Shown here one piece after another: positions 33,480 to 41,064 of a stretch of DNA of 41,064 nucleotides (position 1 is its first letter; the number at the start of each line of letters is the position of its first letter). The DNA comes from Catajapyx aquilonaris (lineage: Eukaryota). The position numbers and the translations under genes are program-made. Under the pieces are notes generated by a model. The model did not search any database and was not told the origin of the DNA. It saw only the letters and a program-made list of their open reading frames with translations. The stretch lies in NCBI GenBank assembly GCA_000934665.2, contig JYFJ02003473.1, forward strand, positions 1 to 41,064. Direction: 5' to 3'.

Positions 33480-36342
33480 AAAGACACGGTGAGCGGACCA
33501 AAATTTCAACGGGCAACGTTAGAATATTCTTGGTACTTGATTGGGTGCTGCTGGGAGGGGAGGGGGAGGGCGCGGAGCAACGACCAGGAACAACGAACTT
33601 GCAACAGTGGCAGCCTTTTAAACCAAATGAGGTGCTCCGTACCCTCCCGACTATTCTGTCGTCGTCTATAATCTCTGTTCGTGGTCAAAAAAAAAGAAGA
33701 AATGCATAAGAAGGACATGGGGGCCGGATGATGACTCGAGGTTGCCAGGAAGTAGCGACAATAGCAGCAATTATGCACACCTCTATCTCTATCTCTCTCG
33801 AGACGACTAGAACCGGTACCTACAACAATAATGGAAGATCTCGAAAAACAATAACGGATTTTTTTTTTTCGATGGAGGGGGAAATAACGTAAAAGTAATA
33901 ATGACAGTTGACAGCAACAAGAGCCGTGGTGCAATTTTTGGTGAAGAACAAGGAAAACACAAAGAGCCCCCGAATAGAAAGAAGAGGCAAAAATGGATGT
34001 GATTTTTCGGGGGCGTCCATTTGCTCATTTTCAAGTTTTCACATCTTTAGCCAAATCTTGAGTGTATTTTATCTAAGGAAAGAGAATGTTTGTTGGCGTT
34101 CGTCTCTACGACTTTGTAGACCTGTCGGATAAAAAAATAATAACCCTTTTGTTGACCCGACCCTCAACCCTTATACCCTCCCCATCCAATAAGCTGTTGT
34201 CCTTTGCCTGCTGCATCTGAACAAAGTATGCCACGGTGGAGGTTGCAGCCAAAGACACTGTGCTGTTGTTACACATCATCATGATGTTTGTTTGTTTATT
34301 TGTTTTTGAATATTTTTTTTGGTTGAGGCTTGTTTATAATCATGAAGAAAATATGGTTGCAACAACTCTGGTTACAGTTACGAGTTGGAAAAAAATATTT
34401 AAGAGAGAAAAAGAGAGATACAGCGTGGATCGAGCTTGCGTCTGTCCCCCCTACCCCTTATTATATCCCACGTCATAGTTTTCCATTGCCCGACAACGTT
34501 GTGTGTTTTGTAATCCACCCGAATTGTAGGTGGGACATGTATAGATGAAGGACTGAAAATGTCAATACAAGACGATGCCTCCTTTGCTTTTTGCAGGAAA
34601 AAATAACCACGCACACTGTCATTTTGATATAACCCTCTCCACCTTATAGTACCAACCGGTAGATCGCGGTAGAAAGTATATAGTTTTTGTGAATTATTTT
34701 TCAGGAAATGTTCTCACTGAGGTTAAGTTCTCTGCCATGATTCTATACGGCGCGGTAGGCAATATATTCCTAGTTTCCGATTTACGTGACTATTAGACAG
34801 AGTTGTGCATCGTGTACAGCTCAACTGTTCCAGAGAAAGGTATGTTAATGCCATCTGTGGGACCACATGACAAGTTCCATCCAATGTGGACCCTTTGTAA
34901 GTAACTATACACACTTTGAAAGCTACAATAGGGTGCTGGGGTAAAGCAAAACTCTTATTTCCCTGCCTCTTTATCATCATCATCAACTGGGGACTTGGTC
35001 AATGCAATCCTCTTGTTTGCGTTCCTGTAGCAATGACGTCGACCACTGCAACAATGACTGTATGATGGCACGTTTCATGTAGGTCTGGCTGATGGGAATT
35101 ATGCATTGCTTGATACTTTATGGACGACATACAGCAATTACGAGTATTGCAAGTTGTCGATGGAATCGGAAGAGATCTGCCTTAAAATATTGACTAATTT
35201 TGGCACAGGTAAACACAAACTTTTATTGCTTGTAAAAGTTCATTGAAGTGGGGGCAGCTTTTTTCCAGTTCCGGCATTGTGGCATCGGAATATTATAACT
35301 CTTTGATTATAACTACTGTTGACATATGGGTCGAGTTGAACCTTGCAGCACTTGAACAGATAAGCTATACCTTGCATTCATTCACACATCTCTCCCACAT
35401 CCATCACTCGTCCAGGTCACGTCGATGAATCGTGCGTTGATACTGTATTAATGGTCACCACCTGGTTAACCTGGTCACCATCACCACTCCCTGTGGTCAC
35501 AGAGATGGAGATGCGTAGTATCCACTGATCTTCAGTGATAGTATCTAGTATTATACTACGATTTGTGTGCCCAGTGGTGACCTTAGGTGGTGACACTGGC
35601 AGCGCCCCAGGCAGGAGGAGGGCTAACCAGAACGTAACCTAGAAGTCGAGGACGCCAAACCAATAACAGTACGACCGAGCACAGCCGAGCATGACATTAT
35701 TTTTTAATATGATAGTACAGCATGTGTATACTGTACATGTATGGTTAATAAGTACATATTATGTCATGAGTAATTAAACTGTTCTCCCGATTATCCGGGT
35801 GCATATTATATATGCATAGGTAAAACAAAGAGAAGTCGGGTAAAATGTCAATTTTTCTCGCAAACATACTTTTCCAGGAAGAAAAACTACAATTCTATGG
35901 GAATTTGTCTAATTTCGATTTAAAATCTAATTTAAAGCAGAATACCATAATTATGTCAAGTATACAGTTGTTCATTAAAAACCGGTGAATAGCACATTTT
36001 AAGGTATTTAGGACCATTTTCCGATTATCCATGGTTGTATTATATTTATGATGAAGTGGAGGTGGAAAGAAGAAAGAAAATAGTTTCCAGTCAGTAGTAC
36101 TTCATACAATTTAAGACATAATTTTATATGTGGTGATCTGGTGAACCCTGTATACATAGTACACCACAAATAATAACTAAGAGGTAAAGGTCTGGATCAT
36201 ACAGATGTTGCAAGCAGTATACATAGCATGCCCTTATTCAGTATTAGCAAAGTGGTAACTACATGTGTAGGACAATATAACTTCACTGTAAAACATATCA
36301 CAAGCTATCGAAGGAGAGAGTAGGCCTTCTTCCAGTGGCGCA

Positions 36343-36417
36343 TTACTGGAAATTTGCATAAGTATCGAAAGATTCCAAGAATGCCAATGCACAGTCACAG
36401 CAGTGTTTATACTGGTC
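36343..36417 (-). CDS. Receptor-type protein tyrosine phosphatase-like gene, last exon (D2 C-terminus)
   Basis: ctccacag| DQYKHCCDCALAFLESFDTYANFQ TAA; QY motif and F..YANF tail typical of RPTP D2. Confidence 0.9.
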   Translation of the reverse strand, partial: DQYKHCCDCALAFLESFDTYANFQ

Positions 36418-36486
36418 CTGTGGAGAGAAATGCTTATGAGAGAGAATAACATAGCTTGTGATTGTTATTTTGTACAAGTGTCTAAC

Positions 36487-36622
36487 CATGTGTCGGATGA
36501 AGTAAGGATTGCTCCGACGAACTGCCTTAACAGCCAAATAAACATCGACCTCATGTTCTAATTTCATCTTCTCAAACATGAAAAAGGCTCCAACAAACAG
36601 ACCACAGGCAGATGCACCATCG
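36487..36622 (-). CDS. RPTP D2 exon, second half of P-loop
   Basis: tttcag| (Y)DGASACGLFVGAFFMFEKMKLEHEVDVYLAVKAVRRSNPYFIRHM |gttaga; 136 nt. Confidence 0.9.
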
Positions 36623-36696
36623 CTGAAATAACAAGAATAATTATTTCTGTCAGATTAGGAATAATGGTGGCCTGAATATTCTGATCATTAACGGAC

Positions 36697-36848
36697 TAGC
36701 AAGTCACTGTGATGGGTCCACCATTGGCTGGAACCTTCTCCAGGAAATGGTACAGACTGAGGAGGCTGGTCTTCTCCAGAGGCAAGATGAAATTTTGCGG
36801 CCAGTTGAGGAGATGAATCAGGCAGATCTCACGAGGCTTCTCAGACAG
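36697..36848 (-). CDS. RPTP D2 exon, WP loop to P-loop Cys
   Basis: ttttgcag| LSEKPREICLIHLLNWPQNFILPLEKTSLLSLYHFLEKVPANGGPITVTC(Y) |gtccgt; 152 nt. Confidence 0.88.
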
Positions 36849-36915
36849 CTGCAAAAGAGAGAGCCAAATCAGTTATAATTTTGGTACCAATTAGCCAAAT
36901 TAGTAGTGTTCTGAC

Positions 36916-37044
36916 TCTGAGTATGTTCTTCAAAAGTATTATCCTCTGAGTGATGTTGCCATCTGTTGTTTCCTCCTTGGTTTCCAGTCTCAGATAACCG
37001 GAGCTAATCACCTCATCGTTTGTGGGCCAGAACACCGGCGTATC
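36916..37044 (-). CDS. RPTP D2 exon (FWP motif)
   Basis: gcgcag| DTPVFWPTNDEVISSGYLRLETKEETTDGNITQRIILLKNILR |gtcaga; 129 nt. Confidence 0.85.
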
Positions 37045-37143
37045 CTGCGCAGGCACGGATTAACTTTGGTCAAAAACAGTTTATCTTGTATCCAGAGAGA
37101 GAAATAATGAAGTTGGTTTATCGTTTATAGATAATATTTTGAC

Positions 37144-37599
37144 CTCATTTTCGGGGTCAGGTTGCTGCAAGACGACAACTGTGAGCGACATCTTCTCGTA
37201 GACCATGTGCCAAAAGTGTTGCTGGGTGTGGGGCAGAGGCAGCTGGGTGGCGATGAAGCGGTCCTTCTGTTGGTATCCTTCTACTGAAACTGTACTGATA
37301 AATTGCCTGCGTTGGGCCTGGTTCGTGGAGGAGATGGTGATCAGGCCATATGAAGGGGGGCAAAAGAGAGGCTCTTGGGTCAGCTCCTTTACCTCGGGAA
37401 AGAGAGGCCCATGGTAGGCCAGCATTTTCTCCCTTTCTCTCTCCAGCTTCTTGTACTGCCTCTCGTGTTCCTGCTGGACCCCACTTCCTGCAACATCTCT
37501 CACGAGGTGGAATTGAGACTTGAGCTCGTTGCAAGGCATACTGTAATTCTCTCCGAACAGGATCTCACACAATGTGACATGCGCACACTCGTATTGCTC
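37144..37599 (-). CDS. RPTP exon: end of D1, linker, start of D2
   Basis: ttaacag| EQYECAHVTLCEILFGE...VEGYQQKDRFIATQLPLPHTQQHFWHMVYEKMSLTVVVLQQPDPENE |gtcaaa; FIATQxP and FWxMV motifs. Confidence 0.9.
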
Positions 37600-37675
37600 C
37601 TGTTAAGCAATAATAACCAGGTACACACAGTGTAAACATTCTCTGTAGAATAATTAGCCACGGTTAATTCCTTAA

Positions 37676-37811
37676 ATATTTGTTCACCAGGTACATCCTG
37701 TTTTTCCTCATGATTCCAAGTTGCTTTGGGAAATCAACCATCCCGACTGCAGATACCGTTTTGAGCATTGTGTCCAGCAGGATGAAAGTACCGGTGTTGC
37801 CAACTCCTGCA
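37676..37811 (-). CDS. RPTP D1 exon, second half of P-loop (3' boundary uncertain: 37676 or 37688)
   Basis: ggtgcag| (T)AGVGNTGTFILLDTMLKTVSAVGMVDFPKQLGIMRKNRMYLVNKY; the homologous boundary reads |ttaagg, and an alternative canonical donor lies 12 nt earlier. Confidence 0.85.
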
Positions 37812-37875
37812 CTGCACCAAGGATAATAATATTGTATGTAAGAATTTCATTATTCTGCTGAAGATATTAGCTCAC

Positions 37876-38003
37876 GTGCAGTGGACGAGTATTGGTCCTG
37901 GTCCAGAAGGAATCAGGCTCAGCTTTTTAGCGAAAGATGCAACAGACTGCGAGTAACTAGGAACTCGGAGGTCTGGCCAGGTTGTGAAATGAGCGTGGAT
38001 CAA
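37876..38003 (-). CDS. RPTP D1 exon, WPD loop to VHC
   Basis: attgctag| LIHAHFTTWPDLRVPSYSQSVASFAKKLSLIPSGPGPILVHC(T) |gtgagc; 128 nt. Confidence 0.92.
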
Positions 38004-38065
38004 CTAGCAATTTCACAAGATTAAGTGACACATTCAATGGTAAAAGAAAGTATCTCTTTGATTAC

Positions 38066-38209
38066 CTGTCGTTCTTCTCCACAACGTTGAATAGTGAAGT
38101 GACGGATGGCATAGTCAGCCAGAATTGTAGAGGTTTTGTTCCATCGAACATTTATTTCATCAAATACTTCGGACTTGTTATCGTCAGGCCAATATTGTAA
38201 GCATTTTCG
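38066..38209 (-). CDS. RPTP D1 exon (KCxxYWP); further upstream exons not found in the window
   Basis: tttttaaag| RKCLQYWPDDNKSEVFDEINVRWNKTSTILADYAIRHFTIQRCGEERQ |gtaatc; 144 nt. Confidence 0.9.
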
Positions 38210-38343
38210 CTTTAAAAAGATCCCATTTCTAGCATGCAAATAATTTAAAGTATGGGACGCAAAAGAAGTTGCAAGTTAATCAAGCCTTTTATCCAGCACC
38301 AAATGATTTTCCCAGCATCTATTCCAAGAATAATAAATTCATA

Positions 38344-39167
38344 CCATATTACATCCCATATTGCGCCACGCCGGTATACGAGGTCGACCAGCATGCCGGT
38401 ATAACCCGGGGGTGGCCGGCATGCCGCAATACCCGAGGTAGATTTCCATAATTTTGATCCTTGTCAAATTTTTTGGAATGTGTGATACTGTATTAAAATA
38501 ATGCTATGGTAAAAAATGTGCGAGTACAGGGCTGTGAGAATGCAAGTTCATCTGTTTCACAGGGCATAAAGTGTGACCAATCCGACTGTCAGCCTGCTCT
38601 GAGAGTGGAACCCCCATAAACATTACAAAGAATTTGCAAAGGATCAAGGCAAATTCCTTCAGTCCTTCATTTGGCCAGGGAGCATATTATACTTACATGT
38701 AGTATATGCTCCCTGGTTTGGCTATCAATAGTTCGCTGGCCACAGATCTCGTTGACAGTCAGAAGATCACTCTGCGTAATGGTATTAAGTCTGAGAAGCC
38801 TCGTCACTCAGATAATAAAATCCAAACCAAACGTATGAAATATCCTGGTAGGTATGCTTCCCTTCTAGCAGCCTTGCTGCACTTTAAATTGAAAATGTTG
38901 CCGTAAAATTAGAACTTAAAAAACGATCTTATGGGATGTGTCAGGCGATAGAAGTGTCCTGGGCTGTATCCGTACCGTAGAACATGGTGTAATGCATTCC
39001 TTTGAGTAATAATAATATATTTTCATAGAGATAGTAAGTAAACCTCGTCTTATACTGGCATACCTCGCTTAGACCGGCATCCCGGTATAGCCACCAGGTC
39101 GAGCGTTTTTTTTAAAACTGGTCGACCTCGCCTTCACCGGCGTGCCGCAATATGAGAGGTAATATGG
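38344..39167. mobile_element. Non-autonomous DNA transposon (MITE) with TA target duplication, Tc1/mariner-pogo-like
   Basis: ~50-bp imperfect terminal inverted repeats CCATATTACATCCCATATTGCGCCACGCCGGT..CGAGGTCGACCAG and CTGGTCGACCTCG..ACCGGCGTGCCGCAATATGAGAGGTAATATGG, flanked by TA on both sides; no transposase ORF. Confidence 0.8.
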
Positions 39168-39374
39168 TACTTGGTTGTGCCTGACTGGTTGTGAGTCTAT
39201 GACAGTAGGCCTACCCAATAAGTCATATTAACACCATCGAAAGATCTAGTAAAGTCATCTCCCTTATAATGCAATGACTTTTCTCTTTGTTGCTGTGCCA
39301 CCATTATGTGAGAACTTTTAAATATCGCTTCGCTAGTGTGGAGGTGTTGTGCATACATTCCACTTATGATGTCT

Positions 39375-39425
39375 CATTACATTACATTACATTACATTAC
39401 ATTACATTACATTACATTACATTAC
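39375..39425. repeat. (CATTA)10 microsatellite
   Basis: Perfect pentanucleotide array. Confidence 0.97.
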
Positions 39426-39682
39426 GGCTTAATTCCCATAAAGGGGTAGCCAGTTGTGACCAGGTTATACATGGCCACCTCGTTAAGACCAACAGAATGA
39501 CACCTCCGGTGGATGGTCAGGCCATGCAGAGTGTTAATGAAGGTGATGAAGATGAAAACAATAACATGGTCACATATATACACACACACAATATTATACA
39601 GTGTAAAATGACAAAACATGATGTCTCACGCCATCTCATGCAGTAGAATAATCATGTAAGAAGCATTACCTTTCCCTTTTCT

Positions 39683-39931
39683 TCTAAATATGTCAGATTC
39701 ACGCAAGGGGGTAATCACTCGACTGAAAAGTGTACACCGGAGTACCAAATTCAAGGAGTACCAAGGAGTACCGAGGAGTACCTGGGAGTACCAAGGAGTA
39801 CCTGTGAGTACCGAGGAGTACCAAGGAGTACCAAAGGAGTACCGAAGAGTACCACTGCAGGTGTACACCGGAGTACCGAAGTGATTACCCCCTTGATTTC
39901 ATAACCCGAGCAACGCCGGGTATCCTGCTAT
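39683..39931 (+). mobile_element. Short non-autonomous Helitron/Helentron-like element with internal 10-nt minisatellite
   Basis: 16-bp inverted repeats CAAGGGGGTAATCACT (39704-39719) and AGTGATTACCCCCTTG (39880-39895) enclose about 11 GGAGTACCAA-like units; 3' hairpin ACCCGAGCAACGCCGGGT followed by CTAT; 5' boundary uncertain. Confidence 0.6.
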
Positions 39932-41064
39932 CTCTTGATATGTTCTAATCAAAATTTTCTCTCATGGATATTAATCCAAACTGGTGATCAATACCTATCA
40001 ACACAGTGACTTTATTTAGAAGTTACTGCATTATAAACAAAAAAATCCCGCAATTTGCTAGTGCTAGTTGCAATTCACTATTTTTGAAGCCATTGTATGT
40101 GCGCGAATGTCACACAGCGTAATAAATTTGCGATGTAAACTGTCCTAAAAGTTACTTCAAAAAAGCAACAAGCTGTGCAAACACAACGAAATTTTGCTGC
40201 TGAATGGGGTAGAGTAGATTGGTAAATCGATTTATTGGATGAAATAATCGTAATATTAATGCTTGTTTACTCAAATATGGACTATGTCGGTGCCTATATT
40301 GATTCATACTTTGGCTCGCTTGCATACCAAGCCCGGTATATGCAACCTACTTGTATAGTAACAGGTCATGCTGAGGTGTGCACCCAGGCATTTGACCATA
40401 GAGATAGAGCATATCCGGAGTGGGGTGGGTGGGGGGGTTGATCTAACCCAACCCCCCCTATCCAGCCCTATGAGCAGCCAGGTACTCCCTGGTGCAGCTC
40501 CATCTTTCTCATCTTGATCTCCAAAGAAGGCGGACGTGCGTGCTTCTCGCCAGGTCTACAGACAACTGCCGTGGACCGAATATTGATGTCTCATCCTCCG
40601 TCAAGTGGAGTCAAGTTGGACATCGGGTTAAGCCACGCACACCTAGCACTATAGACAGCCCTGGAATGCATGAATGGTGAGTACAGCAGCGATTAAAAAT
40701 CCGTCGTTTACAGGTTTACATCACGCAGCAATTAAGGGTCGGTTGTACCAGGTCAGATAATATCGGATTATTGCCTACTCAAATCTGTATTTGGTACGAA
40801 AAACATTGCCCTAAATGTCCTAAACTGTCAAATAATTTGTTCAGGCAAGAATCTGAGTTAACAGACATGGTGCAGCAAGAACAGTGTAAGCAAAAAAAAA
40901 CAAAAAAGCAAAAAAAAGCAATGAGCAGTAAAACCAATAATTGCTTGCGACTAGCTCCATTAGAAATGCTGGATTTGTGCAATAAAATGGGGCTCGACGA
41001 ATGACCCTTGACCTTGGCGCATTGCAATGTAGGTATGCCATTGAATGTCATAACTGCTGGTCTG

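Noticed and set aside
35452..35595. Short nested inverted repeats GTCACCACCT / AGGTGGTGAC
   Set aside because: Arms of only 8-10 bp with no clear target duplication; at most a degraded repeat.
39740..39877. GGAGTACCAA array as a CRISPR-like array or coding repeat
   Set aside because: Contiguous 10-nt units with no unique spacers, eukaryotic context, inside a transposon-like element.

Overview
Eukaryotic (animal, most likely arthropod) genomic DNA; most ORF-track entries are noise because the real genes are spliced. The main gene is a plus-strand nicotinic acetylcholine receptor alpha subunit of the alpha7-like / insect alpha6 type. Coding exons 2-10 were resolved at 21056-33247; the signal-peptide exon 1 was not found. 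It carries three tandem 87-nt versions of the pore-lining M2 exon (8a/8b/8c). The most notable signal is a candidate competing-RNA-structure switch: the motif TGATACTTGGA lies 70-80 nt downstream of both 8a and 8b, and a single complementary docking site lies downstream of 8c (31584-31605). Exon 5 also has a candidate intronic partner for A-to-I editing. Convergently on the minus strand (36343-38209) is the 3' part of a tandem-domain receptor-type tyrosine phosphatase in which both domains lack the P-loop Arg, and one splice donor reads TT. The window also holds a probable terminal exon of an unidentified minus-strand gene (128-370), a TA-flanked MITE, a Helitron-like element, a long hairpin and microsatellites. 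All calls were read by eye; no searches or folding were run.
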